From Phoronis australis (Eukaryota; Animalia; Phoronida): a stretch of 64,000 nucleotides of DNA. Shown piece by piece: positions 1 through 14,500 of the stretch (position 1 is the stretch's first letter; every line of letters starts with the position of its first letter). The stretch lies in assembly GCA_002633005.1 (NCBI GenBank), contig NMRA01000143.1, positions 625,402 through 689,401 on the forward strand, in the 5' to 3' direction. Both the position numbers and the translations under genes were made by a program. The notes under the pieces are model-generated. The model ran no database searches. It was not told the DNA's origin and worked only from the letters and a program-made list of their open reading frames with translations.

Positions 1-1169
1 CATTGACAAGGAATATCAATTGGAAGCATAGATTTGTCCTTCTCAATTATCATGGGAAACTTTGACCCACGCTGTTTGTAATAACGACACGATCAGTGAA
101 ATGTATTAAATCCGCGAGAGGATAAATCGACTCGCACCAAAGATAAGACATTATGAAACCTGTCATCCTGCCTCGGCTTAGCTACAGAGGTATTTTGTTG
201 AATTAGATTCAATTCAGAAAAGTAAGCGTGTCCCCGTTTCGCTTTTATCGACTCCGAGATTCTCACGTGTACCGATTAGGATCTTTGATTGAAATCTTAA
301 TTAAAATTTGTTTATTCAAACTTAGAGCCTTGGTGTTTTTATCATTTTAAAACGCCCTTCTTAGTGAAGAGTATATTTAAAACGCAGTGTGTGTGCTTAT
401 TTCAATCAGAATTTTGCTATCAACAAAGTTTAGTTTATTTTTAGATTACAAACGTAGCAGTTCCGAATGTGTGAGCAAACGGCCTTAACAAGTTGAACAA
501 CAATAAGATAGGTGCGCGACCATGAAGGTAAAAAAATTAGGTAGAAATCTCGGTCAAGGACTTCTGAATCCTCGTTTGAACCAAAAAAGCGAAAGGGTTT
601 TCAATTAAATTGAACATTGAAGTATGTTTGTCTTCCGACGTGTCCACAAGTGCATTGTCACACCAGCCTCGACTTCAAAAGACGAATATATTGGTGAAAA
701 ACGGAGTTTTGACAGGTTTTCAGTTATTATGCATACATGTAAAACCGATTGGCAAAGTTTTATTCTTCAAATTTCCAAACGTGAATTATGTGGATGCAAA
801 CAACCGACTAGACCAGTCTCATGCCGTCTGTATCGCAAAAGTCCGAGTCCATCGCTGACACAACCAGTACATTTTCTCTCTATTTCTGTTGAAGTCTTAA
901 GCAAAAGTAGAATACACTCTTCGCTGTATTTCAATCTAAATGTGTGAAAACTATCGTTCTGCTCATGCAATGCTCCAATTCAAGCCAAATGCAACCGTAA
1001 CTTGTAATTTTTGTATCCTTTTATATCCGCCAGCCGCATTAAATTTTATCGGTAGCCATGCAAAAGTCTTTTCTCACAAGTAGGCCTACTAAGAAAGAAG
1101 TTAATGTCAAAAAATCATTGCGATCCATCTGAAAAGCCGACTAAAAAGTACCTGTTTTAATCATTTCAG

Positions 1170-2503
1170 ACTCCTGGCTAAAGTATAATGGTGCCGAATA
1201 TTTATTTGTGAAACAGGCAAAATCTTGGGATGACGCCTTGGCACATTGCAAATCACGAGGAAGTACATTAGCGACACCTGAAGGGCCAGCTGAAAACACA
1301 TGGGTTGCTCAGCAAGTGGGTATATGATCGGATTTTTACCACAGTCAGTCGTTTCCTTACGTTCTTAGCCAGTTTCATGTACTGTATCACACACTATGTC
1401 TTAAATCTGGCATCCAAGACAATGACCTAAGTTGTACGTTGTATACTTTTTACTATTGGTGCCAAGTATGACCATAATCGTCTGCTGACCTGTTGCTGTG
1501 CCTTCCGTCAAGGAAGCTAACTTATGATTTAAACTCCTTGTTGCTGTAACATTAGGTCCATATTCACATTTGAAGTGATTGCAATAGACGAGGCTCAATT
1601 ATTTGTCTGATAATTTTCTGTGGCAAGAGTGGCCTTAAGTATGAACAAATCGTCCATTTAAGCAAAGAAAAGGAATACCGACGAGTTTAATAGCGGTTAG
1701 CGTTCCAAGCCAAATTCAGTTTTTGTGACAGAAAGACGAGTTTATATGTATTTGCATTATTCAATCAAAAGTTTTGTGCTGTCACTGCAGGCAAAGGCGG
1801 CTGGTCTGGCATCTCCGTGGATTGGAGTCAATGACAAAGTGAAGGAGAACATATTTCGTCGACCTGATGGTACAGTTGTCTCGTACAAAGGTGAGACATC
1901 ATGTATACGTATTACATGCGGATTTTTCCAACTAGGGGAAGGAATGGGCAAAAGATTATCCACAAGCATAATTTCTGGTTGTGATCATGGCAAAAATGAT
2001 GACAATGATGATGATCATGATGATGATGGTGGTGGTGATAATGGTGAGATATGATGATGATGATGAAGATGTTGACTGTTTTGATAATGATGATGTTGTT
2101 GACGATGACGATGATGATGGTGGTGCTGATGATGATAATGATAATGATACTGATTATGGTTATGGTGATGGTGGTGATAATGATGATTTTGATGGTGATG
2201 ATGACGGTGTTCATGAAAAGGGATGGTTTATGGGAAGGCTGAAGGTGCCAGTATTAGGCTATGGTTCGATGATGGTGATGACAATGACGACGTCATGATG
2301 ACTGTAATTGGGATGATAGTTGACCTAGTTGTGAAGAAAGGTCAAATTACTATAATTTTATTTTCTTCTTTACCTAGTATTTGCTCCGAACGAACCAAAT
2401 CAAAGCGGGGGAAACGAGGATTGTGTTCAACTGTATGAAGATAAACGACAATGGAACGACTTACCATGTAACTTGGCAAAGCATTTCATCTGCAAAAAGA
2501 CAG
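1170..2503 (+). CDS. C-type lectin domain (3 exons: 1170-1315, 1791-1890, 2378-2503)
   Basis: Spliced translation SWLKYNGAEYLFVKQAKSWDDALAHCKSRGSTLATPEGPAENTWVAQQ/AKAAGLASPWIGVNDKVKENIFRRPDGTVVSYK/VFAPNEPNQSGGNEDCVQLYEDKRQWNDLPCNLAKHFICKKT. Has WIG, EPN, EDC, WND and the four core Cys. Confidence 0.93.
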
Positions 2504-5500
2504 GTATATGACATAGATTTGGCATAATGCAAACCTATTTTGACATAAGCCTGTGTTTTGTTGAGATTTATATTATTACTACTGCTATGGAGATTGTTGT
2601 TCTGTCCCTGCAACCAACAGTTCACAACACAACATTTACACGCACTTAAGTTTCACAAAGTAAATAAAATGCAAGTTACAATAATCTTGAGATTAAAGAA
2701 AAAAATAACCCTGTGTTTAAATTTTGTTACAAAACTACACAACTGGGTAATTGAATATAATGATGAAATAATTTTCCCAGAGCTCGTGATATGCCAAACT
2801 CGCTCGAATTTGGACTCCAAATTCTTTTTGATTGTTTTGATAATAGTGACAAAGCCAAAATAAGAGTTTATGACTGTGTGTTCTTTCATATTTTGTTTAA
2901 CGCAGATGTGTTTCAAGGCCAAATTTTCTTTTAATGCACTTTAAATTGGAGGTACAAATCCATGTTCAAAAATTAATATTTCAAACTCTGACTGCAGGAG
3001 GGGCCAAAAATATTACCCATGTGGATTGCACAACTTTTCAAGTTTGAATATTTTCTTAATTGAAATTGGTATTCCACTTCTTGTCTCCATCTCTGAATAC
3101 AAAGAAAAGACGGTACTTCCTTTGTGAGAGGTGTGATGCCTCCGAGGTGCTAGCTGTTTAGTTTCGTAGGCAGTCCAGCCGACCAGGTTTAATTCGAATA
3201 CAAATTTCTGAAGAATTAATCTCTATTCTGTGGTTGAATCATCGCCTTCTGCTTTCCTCTTCAGGATGTTCAGCTAAGCAAGCCGACATTGTGTTTGTCG
3301 TTGACGCTTCTGGCAGTGTTGGAATCTCCAACTTTAGAAAGCAACTGCAATTTGTCGAAGATGTCATCAACACATTTGAAGTTGGGCAAGATAAAGTCAG
3401 AATTGGTAAGGTGCAGTCTGAATTTCTTTGTCAAAGTGGACTGGACTGTGTTATTAGTCCAAACTTATTTCATTCAAAGTTTGTGTTTATCTGGTAGACA
3501 TCTGAACAGTTACTAAAATTGGATATTTAAAAACGATGTGTCAAACGCTGGTCACTTCACTGGTTGCCGTCCCATGATGCCATGCGCATTATCCTTATTT
3601 GGAAATGTGATGTTTTGAAATGTTGATCTGATGGTGAATGAAAACATGGCGACAGCTGCGTGTACCATCAGTTGGGAGATTGAAATATTGTGGTAACCAT
3701 GAACAGTGAACGTAGCAATTATTTCTGGAAATTCTCACTCAGGTCAAAGTGAATAACTCTTCCGTACACCTTACAAAACGGAAGTTTCCATAGGAACTTA
3801 TTCTCAGTGTGTTTTTGTGGGTTTCGCTTACCATGCCACTTTAAGAATATCTGTTTTGCCTTAAAAGTGTTGGCTCTGTCCTTTGTTTGTGTTGCTCTCA
3901 TTAGTACTCAATGAGTCACAGACCTGACAAGTTGAGAAAGATTTTAGATAATTTCGACCCAAGAATGAAACCCATCGCCAACTGGGGATATGTGATGAGT
4001 TTCATAAACTAACCACTCGCTGTCTTTGAAAAACGTGGGGATTCTTCTCCTCATATGGATATGGTGTTCGCGTCTGCTGGCAAATGCGTTTTCTCTTGAT
4101 ATTCTGATATCTGTCCAGACACAGAATTTCTGTAACATGTTTTTCGACATATTCAGGTACTGCACACATCATTATCGTTGTCAAATCTATACCTGGTTAT
4201 TGGTCATTACTTTTAAAATAAAATGTATTTTAGTTTTCGGACAAAACTTATAACGAAACCTTTTCAACTGAGTTCCAAGAGAAGCACTAGTACCCCACTA
4301 TAAAAGCAGGATCTCGCGAGATTCCATGCTTGTCAAAAGTCACGTAATTACAGTCTTACACGAACTTCAGGCATGGTCACCTTTGACTCAGACGTATACA
4401 AGCAGTTCCATCTGAATGAGTTCAATGACAAGGCAGCCATGATCAACAAAGTGCGTGGAACCACATACACGAGACGTGGTACAGAAACTTGGGAAGCCGT
4501 GCAGTAAGTATCGACGACGGCAGTGGTGAATGTTTTGAGGTTTTTTGAAAAGTGAAATAAAAAGAGGTTTGGTGTTACACTCTCACTTTGCAATTATTGA
4601 ATAAACTTGTAACCAAGTAATTATGGGCTCATCGCAGTATAGAAATTATTTGAAGAAGTCATCAGAAGTCATCTCAGTGGCTATAGAAGTAGTAGCAAGT
4701 TAGCAACTAACTTTTTCAAGTGAGATTTAATTGTTTTTCAAAAATTATAGTTGTGTGGAGGACAAATTTATGACTTACGTTTTCAGCCAATTGTCATGAA
4801 TCAGACCCTAATGGATGACTATGATAAGCAGAATTATGACGAAACCATNATTGCTTTATGATAATGATGACGACGACGATAATGGTGACAGGACAACAGT
4901 GGCGTTAATTTGGACCTGATTCATAAAAATGTAAATTGACAAGTACCTTGAGTTCATAGTCTAGATTTGAGCCAAACCTTATGACTGTTCGTAAGTCTCC
5001 GTTTAGACGGCGTGAAAAACGTTATGTAATGTTACGCGCCATCTTTACTGAAGCTGGGCCATAGTGATGGAGGAGGACGTGGTGTGGAGGGGGGAGGTGA
5101 GGATGGAAAAGTGTTGATTATGGTGACGATGGTTATGTTCGTGGTGGTGACATTGATGATGAAGCTGGTGTTTATACTGATGGTCAATAAAGCTAAGTAT
5201 GATATTGAATGACACCAGTATACGGTGTCTGCAGTAAGGTTATGTGTAGATGTCTGCAGTAAGGGTCTGGAGATGTCTGTTGGGCCTGTATCAAGTGTCT
5301 GCTAAATGATGTAGGAAACCTGCATCTAATGACTACTGTAGTCCTCTGAAAAAATGGCACACTTTTCTCTTCAGGTACATCTTAGCTCAGAGTTTCACCC
5401 CTGCCAACGGAGCACGCTCGGGTGTTCCACACATTGCCATCTTTTTGACCGATGGGCGCTCTACTAACCCAAGTCGTACCATATCTGAAGCTGCGAAACT

Positions 5501-8500
5501 ACATGCCAACAACATCAACGTTTTCGCGATTGGTAAGTTGTAGACATGGGCGTCATGAGTGCTTCACGAGACGCGTAAGGGAACTAATGGGTGCGAAGTT
5601 TGTGATTAGCGTACCGTTGGGCCTGTGCCTCACAAAAACTGACACTGCTGAACTCCATGGTAACAAAATCAAAGTCTCATGATTGGTAGTTTACAAAAAG
5701 GGGTCGTGTGAGTGCTTCACGAGGCCTGTAGGCAACTATTGAGAACTTTTGGGTGAAATGTTTGTGCTTAGTGAAGCGCTGAGCCGACATTTCACAAAAT
5801 CTGACATTGCACTATTCCATAACAAAATCAGCGTATGCCTTATGTTGGAAAAGTGGGCGCATGGGAGTTGTATGAAGCCTTACACGGCTATATTTAGATG
5901 GGAATGCAAAATGTGATCATGGTGGAGATGTGATGCAGACAACATACTAGGTTGAAAGGAGTGGCGTGCTTTTGTTACTTTCATTTTTCAAATTTCTGTT
6001 TTGCATAAACTAGGTATCGGATCAAACCTCAACTCTGCAGAACTCAATGCACTGGGCACGGATCCCGACTCAGAAAGCGTTTTCAAGGTGGCCGACTTCA
6101 ACGCGTTGAATGCCATTAAGAACAAATTAATGGAAAAAACTTGCAAAGGTGAGTTTTGAGTGAAATGAAACGATAGGGAGGTTCAAAATTTACTGTTGTG
6201 GCGTGGCCTAGAAGAAGAATCTTCATAGAGAGAGGGAGAAGCACGTAAGAGATCATTGCTATGGTTACGTGTATGTCGGCAAGGTAGAGGTTCCTGTTGT
6301 AACCGGGCACGTTGTTTTGGCTTTGCACTGAAACTACTATTGAGTGGTGAAAATACTAAAAAAATTGGTCCCATATTTGCGTGGCAAATTTCATTTCAGC
6401 TCCTGTAATTCCAACCAAGCCAGGGCCCGTTGTCGTCAAGCCAACACCACCTGTTCTACCTCCAACACTCAAGCCTTTCGTGCCTATGAAAGTTGTTGGA
6501 GCTCCGGACAATAAAGGAACACGGTACGATTTCAAATACGTGCTTGCATTTTTGTTGCTAAATGTAGGCAATAAAAACAGCCCACCGAATTAGGAAAGGC
6601 TAACTAAAAAGCTTAAGTCAAAACTGGGAGACTACCGGGAGTAAATAGCTAGCAATCAAATGCTTTGCTTCCGTGAAACAAACAGGTTGTTATCAATTTA
6701 ATTATGCCTAATTACAAATTCTACCATGTATGTGTGTCAGAGTAAAATAATGTGGATTAATCATAAGACTTGTTACTTTGCTTTTCAGTGCTTGTAAACA
6801 CAGAATGCAAATTTTCATATTTTTATCTACTGTAGATAACAAAATTAGCAATCGACGCAGCTGTATAGTTGTAGCAGACTAGCAGCAGCACCATGTGCCA
6901 ATGAATAAGTAAAGAGAATTTACACGTATTAAAAAGGGTGAGATCAAATGTCTGAGTCCATACGACATTCGATGATTTTAGATTCATCTTTGCCTTTGGG
7001 GAGAACTGGAGTTTCGGTGATATCAACGATTTGGAAGTATTCATTACGACTTTCGAGAATGGACCAGTCAATGTTAAAGTCTCTTCGCCGCTTTACAATA
7101 ATCCAAAAGTTTCAAAGTCGGTAGTTGTAAACAAAGGCGAGGTGAAGCAGGTAGGACTAAGCACTTGCGTATTATTTAACTCCTCCAAAGTGTAATATTT
7201 TGTAAATTTTGACTTGCATTTGTTGTTTACAAGAAAAATATTACCTGCCGTTTCTGACTAGTAGCGAGTGAATCTGAGGACCTGTGTTTAATGTACTGCA
7301 CAGGGGATTGCCACTCGACAGTGTACCTAACACATCTGCTTACAACGTCACAACTTTACTCAATTCTTTTATCGATTTCCCGAGCGGGAAGCTATTATGA
7401 CAATTATGTGACATCCTTACTCAACGTCTGCGTGCGAAATGATACTAACACCTACTCAGTAGAAAAGATTCATTATCGAGGTTTCTTCAAGTTGAGAACA
7501 ATTTGGAAAAGTTTACAATTTCGCAGATTTCTGTTGGAGAAGTGGGCATTTCTCATCATTTATGAAAGCATTTTTCTAGCTGCTGACGTTTGTGTTACAT
7601 TATATTTCTTCATAAGTAAGAAACTCTCTTACTACTAAAATTTGGACCTAGCGTGTAATTTGCAAAAATAGATAACATTCAACTGACATTAAAGAACGTT
7701 TACTGCAAAGTGTGTATCATTATAAAATAGGTGAAGTTCTCCAACCTACTTCGGCTGAAGGAAACGAATAAAGAAAATAAGGCGATCTTGGTAGAATCGG
7801 ACAAAGAGGTGGTCGTATATGCCTTCAATAAAGAAAAAGCCTCCGTGGACGGTTTCTTAGCTCTACCTGTTGATATCCTTGGCACTGAATACTTTACATC
7901 ATCGTACAGTCCCGCTTTCAGGAAAACGGAGATTCAAATTGTTGGTAGGTTGCTGGCAAGCGATCTTAGTAAGCTAAGTTTGCAAAAGAATACCAAACCA
8001 GGGTCTGATTAAATATTTAGAAGTCGTAATTTTGTTGTAAGGTTATGCATCCTTCAGAACTGGTGGCGGGAATCGCCTTCGCTAGCAGCTAAACCATCGC
8101 CTATGATATGGGAGCAGGCAAAACGCCAAAGTGAAAAAGACAGAAAGTCAACTTTTGGTATATAGACTTTTCGAGAAGCAGGTCCCTATTAAAATGGACT
8201 GTCATAAAACTGTGCTTAACAGAAAGATGCACAGATCAGAAACCGATTGCCCTATCTAGGTTTGCTGAGCACCTAACAATGTCTTTCTGATGTGGAGCGT
8301 CGGGTATGATTTGACAGTTACGTGTGACTTTAGTTTTGGCCAGTACGCGTTTTATACCTATGAAGCGCCAAATGAGTACATTTCTACGTGTTGAAATGTG
8401 CTTCATCTACTCGTACGTTTCCTTTATCTATGCGTGCTCTTAATCTGTGTATTGTCCAATCACGCCCGTTCTCAAATTAATTGATTAAGAGCAGAACGAT

Positions 8501-11500
8501 GATCGTTTAAGAACTAAAAGTACGCTTAGATTAAGCAACAGTACGCGTAAATTAAAAGTACGTGTAGATTAAGCAAAAGCATGAATAAATTACGCAAAAG
8601 TGCTCGCAGGTTAAACAAAAGTGCGTGCAGATTAGTGCGTGCAGATTAAACAAAAGTATGTGTAGATTAAGCACATTTCAACATGTTAATGTAGTCGTTT
8701 AAGAACCCTTTGGCGCTTAATAAATACCTACTTTATCCAGGTGCGTACGACAACACTAATGTAATGATTCAGCTGTTGAATCCCAAGACGGGCACAGTCA
8801 CGTGGAACGGGAAGACGTACAAGGCCGGTGACACCATTAATGTCCCTTTGAACCAATACCAGACGTTCCAGGTAGGAAAGTCTAATGATAAACAAAAATT
8901 GAGTTATTGGCTCCATTTTTATCACCAGTCAAGTGAGCACCACCATCTTGATACATAGTCACATGTTTGGACTGAGATATAGTTATGTGTTGCACGTTTT
9001 AAAAAATGTGCAAGAGACCCACTTTCAAAAAGATTAATGATGTAGGCTTAGACATAGATGAGAGGTTTCTAAGTGCAAGTGATATTATTGTAGATTCTTG
9101 TCCATTTCATAATTAAGGAAATTATTTATCATAATTGTTAATACTTGTATGGGTCACCTGTCCCATGGCTGCTGTAATCCTATTTTGGCTTACAGCTTCA
9201 AAGCACCGGAGATTTAACCGGAACCCGAATCACGGCAGACAAGCCAATTGCAGTGCTCAGCGGAAACATCAAGACCAGCGTGAGCAGCAAGGGCTCGCAA
9301 GATCATTTGGTGGAAATGCTCCCGCCGACATCGACCTGGGGCAAAAACTTCGTCACCACGGCAACACCGGACAGAAATGACGGTGACGTTTTTAGGGTGA
9401 TAGCTAGCAAGGTATGAATATTTCACGCGTGATTTTTATGCGCCAATACATATTGGTGCTTCTTGCTGTCATCTCTGTTTGGGCATCTGGGTGTCCACTG
9501 CTGTATCTCCTGGCTAAACCCTTGCAGGATCTTAATGAGATCTGAAGGACGTATTTCTAAGAAGCCAACGACGCACACCTATGAGTTTGCCCTCTATATT
9601 AGTAATTTTATTTCTCATGTTTGCCTCCGTATTTCAACAGATCCTGGATGATTTTTCATGAGATTCTGTAAATAAGACAGACCACAAAATATCTCCACTT
9701 TCGGACAGATTGGACTAATTTCGAACCATACAAGTGCTTTTTCCCATTATTTAGGAACTCGTTTTGGCATCCTCCTATTTATTCACTTAAAGTCGCGTGA
9801 AGGATTATTATAAAAATTAGTACACGTAGACCTGTACCTGTTGAGAATAGTACAGCCGAATCGATGTTGATGTTTGAACAGTTACGACTACTGGGGCACG
9901 CCTGGTGGCATTTATGCGTCCACGGCTGTCTCCCTAACTCGTTGCATGATCTCAGTGTGAAATTTGGTAAGTGCTCCCCCTTCGATGTGACAACCGATGA
10001 CCACGACGTTTGAACCGACCTAACAACCACTGTGCTTCTGGTGGCAATTTTAGTTTTTAATCTTCGCCTTTTTCAGGGAAGGTAGGGTTCATTAGATAAG
10101 TTGTATGAAGTAACTGTACAAAGTGTTTCCATTATTTTTTACAACACCAAAGAATGGTTGCGTCACTACGAGAAAAAACCTTACGAAAGAGTGACTTTTT
10201 AGAGAATAAATTAAGCTCCCAACGAATGGGTCGGTGTCAACCTCAGCCTAAAAGCGAGAGGTTGCATTTTACCAACTCTCATTGTGGATTATTTAGAATG
10301 AAACTGGCAACAAATAAACTTAGCATGTTTATTATTGACTGAAATTGTTTTTTTTTTCATACAAGTTGTGCTACGATTAGGCCGTCGAATTACATATTTT
10401 CCTTGGACAAAGTGTCTGGCAATGAGTGAAAATATTTGTCATTTAATATACTTGAAACACAAAATATACATTGCAGCCTAATACTAAAGTGACCATACCC
10501 GGTGTTGGAACGTACACACTGGCGAAAGCAGGCGACTACAAGGAATTAAATCTTCCATCCGACAAGTCCTACAAAATCTCTGGCGACAAGCCGCTAATGT
10601 TAATGCAATTTGCCAAGACATCAGACGGAAGCTTGAAAATCCACGACCCCAGCATGACAATGATTCCTCCTGTCGGCCAGTGGGGATCACACTATACGTT
10701 CGCTACACCTCAAGGTATTTCCACCAACTTTTTTGCCAATTGATTCAGGAGCTCCACCATACGCCAATGAAAAGAAAACTAATTGTGGTTTTGATTATTG
10801 GCCATTCCCTATAAGCCAACATTAGCGCTGACTAGTGAAATGATTGACCGTTTTTTGGCTCACGATTACGTCAAAACTCATCTACTTTTGATTCATTTAC
10901 CCGTGGTCCTCACTTGAAGGAAAATAAATAAATCAAACGAATTACAGAATGTAAACAAGAATAAGGAAATTTAACCAGTACAGTGAGACATGCTGAAATG
11001 TAAGTGAAAACATCAGCCAGGCCTAATCGTCTGTCATCATATATCATTGAAAAGTTGGCGGGAGACGGGTTCTATAGTCAACAAAACCAGAGGGAATTCT
11101 GAGAGCAATATACATTTTAGATTTATAAGACGAGTTACTCGGTTATAAAATGTTATCAAACTGGCGCTGCGAACATACATGTACTGCATATTTAACCCGG
11201 CGATTCCTTGGCTTCGTTCAGCCCTAAGCCGGGCTGGCCGCAGTCAATAGCTGGGGACCACTCTCTGTCAGGCACCCTAGGCGTGAAGTGTTCGGCCAGA
11301 AAACAAGTATTAAGTTCGCGTGCTCATAACACACACTCATAGCCTGTAGGGGGTAACAGATGCAGTTTTGGTCAACAACCATGCAAGCCCATAGAGAATG
11401 ACTTCGAGTGCTAGTGTTAGTTGTAGATATTTACTGCATGAACCAATCTATGGCTGACGGGTGCAAATGGCCTCCAAATCTATGTGCAAGAACTCTTTTG

Positions 11501-14500
11501 GTTTGAAGGTACAAAAAGTAGTAAACGCCAATATTTGACGCCTTATTTTGGGATGGGCGCTGGAGGTGGAGGATAAAATTTAATATGGCTTGTGCTATCT
11601 ATGTTATTTTAATCATCGGCTAATCTACGAGGCAAGAGAGTGCATTACAAAAAAATCTGGCAACAGCTTCAGTTGAGTGTCGGCGCGAGGTAATTCTGCA
11701 CACAGGCCTACTTTGCATTTGGCAACTTTTCAGCCATTAGCCATCGAAGCCGGAACCGAAAGTCATTCCTCAGAACACAAGTAATATGAGTTATGGCAGA
11801 ATATGCTGAACGTCCTTAACCCTCTACATTCTTTTAAATAATTCTGATAGTTTCTAACTAGTACGTAATGTCAAATATAATTCTCCAAACTCTGTCAAAG
11901 AGTCAAGGTTAAGGCCAAGAAGAACCGGTCAGTTCAAAGTTAGTAAAAGGTCCGGTCTACGGCCTAGGGTACTTGTGCTACATTTAACTATGCTGCTGCA
12001 TGATGTGCTGATTATTATGTTGCATTTTGCTTAGGCAGTTGTACTGCTTCTAGTGACTTTAATAAGCCCTGTAATGATATAGCTGTAACCTGGAGATATT
12101 TTAAACAACCAGTTAGGGAGTATTTGGTTACATAGCCAGGAGAACTTTCTCTTTGGCTTTCTCGTCGAGGGGCTGATTAAAGGTACTATTTCCCCATTAA
12201 AAGTTGCCTGAATTTAAATGTACGAATGAAGCTTAGGTGGATCCAGGGGGTCAAGGGCCGGGGTTTGGACTCCCCTTTTCCCTTGAATTTAGTGATATCA
12301 AATCTAAAATTTTCAAATTTTTGATTTGGACACCCTTTTGAAAATCCTAGATCCGACCTCCCCTTTAGAAATCCNGAATTACACATTTTACTTGGACAAA
12401 ATGTCTGGCAATGAGTGAAAATATTTGTCATTTAATATACTTGAAACACAAAATATACATTGCAGCCTAATACTAAAGTGACCATACCCGGTGTTGGAAC
12501 GTACACACTGGCGAAAGCAGGTGACTACAAGGAATTAAATCTTCCATCCGACAAGTCCTACAAAATCTCTGGCGACAAGCCGCTAATGTTAATGCAATTT
12601 GCCAAGACATCAGACGGAAGCTTGAAAATCCACGACCCCAGCATGACAATGATTCCTCCTGTTGGCCAGTGGGGTTCACACTATACGTTCGCTACACCTC
12701 AAGGTATTTCCACCAACTTTTTTGCCAATTGATTCAGGAGCTCCATTATGCGCCAATGAAAATGAAACTTGTTCTACGGGTGTGGTTTTGATTATTGGCC
12801 ATTCCCTATAAGCCAACATTAGCGCTGACTAATGAAATGATTGACTGTTTTTTGGCTCACGATTACATCAATACTTATCTACTTTTGATTCATTTATCCG
12901 TGGTCCTCACTTGAAGGAAAATAGATAAATCAAACGAATTACAGAATGTAAACAAGAATAAGGAAATTTAACCAGCACTGAGACATGCTGAAATGTAAGT
13001 GAAAACATCTAGGCCTAATCATCTGTCATCATATATCGTTGAAAAGTTGCCAGGAGACGGGTTCAACAAAACCAGAGGAAATTTTGAGAGCAATATAGAT
13101 TTTAGATTTTTTAGACGAGTTATTCAGTTACAAAATGTTATCAAACTGACGCTGCGAACATGCACGTACTGCATTATTTAACCCGGCGATTCCTTGGCTT
13201 CGTTCAGCCCTAAGCCGGGCTGGCCACGGTCAGTAGCCGGGGACCACTCCGTCAGGTGCCCTAGGCGTGAAGTGTTCGGCCAGAAAACAACTATTAAGTT
13301 CACGTGCTCATAACACGCACTCATAGCCTGTAGGGGGTAACACATGCAATTTTGGTCAACCACCATGCAAGCCCATAGAGAATGACTTCGAGTGCTAGTG
13401 TTAGTTGTAGATATTTACTGCGTGAACCAACCTGACGGGTGCAAATGGCCTCCAAATCTATGTGCAAGAACTCTTTTGGTTTGAAAGTACAAAAAGTAGT
13501 AAACGCCAATATTTGACGCCTTATTTTGGGATGGGCGCTGGAGGTGGAGGATAAAATTTAATATGGTTTGTGCTATCTATGTCATTTTAATCATCGGCTA
13601 ATCTACGAGGCAAGAGAGTGCATTACAAAAAAATCTGGCAACAGCTTCAGTTGAGTGTTGGCGCGAGGTAATTCTGCACACAGGCCTACTTTGCATTTGG
13701 CAACTTTTCAGCCATTAGCCATCGAAGCCGGAACCGAAAGTCATTCCTCAGAACACAAGTAATATGAGTTATGGCAGAATATGCTGAATGTCCTTAACCC
13801 TCTACATTCTTTTAAAGAATTCTGATACTTTCTAACTAGTACGTAATGTCAAATATAATTCTCCAAACTCTGTCAAAGAGTCAAGGTTAAGGCCAAGCAG
13901 AACCGGTCAGTTCAAAGTTAGTAAAAGGTCCGGTCTACGGCCTAGGGTACTTGTGCTACATTTAACCAACTATGTTGCTGCATGATGTGCTGATTATTAT
14001 GTTGCATTTTGCTTAGGCAGTTGTACTACTTCTAGTGACTTTAATAAGCCCCGCAATGATATAGCTGTAACCTGGAGATATTTTAAACAACCAGTTAGGG
14101 AGTATTTGGTTACATAGCCAAGAGAACTTTCTCTTTGGCTTTCTTGTCGAGGGGCTGATTAAAGGTGCTACTTCCCCATTAAAAGTTGCTTGAATTTAAA
14201 TGTACGAATGAAGCTTAGGTGGATCCAGGGGGTCAAGGGCCGGGGTTTGGACTCCACTTTTCCCTTGAATTTAGTGATATCAAATCTAAGATTTTCAAAT
14301 TCCCGATTTGGACACCCTTTAAAAATCCTAGATCCGACCTCCCCTTTAGAAATCCTTGATCCGCCCTTGTGAGGTATGCATGCATATAATGGTCAACAAA
14401 CCAACCAAGACTCAGTTGTAGTTTTGTACCACGACTTCCGCGAATGACATACATTCCAAAGCATCCTTAGATGTTACCAGTGTCACTTAACACTTCTTTC

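Noticed and set aside
1-1169. Promoter or first exon; ORFs at 610-970
   Set aside because: The exon at 1170 begins at a phase-1 acceptor and no signal-peptide exon was recognisable; the region is read as intron and the short ORFs have no recognisable motifs.
1912-2298. Poly-Asp/Met/Ile/His ORFs
   Set aside because: Translations of an intronic GAT-type microsatellite lying between two exons of one CTL domain.
10477-12703. Dscam-like mutually exclusive exon pair
   Set aside because: Identical proteins, duplicated flanking introns and an n at the junction point to a haplotype artefact.
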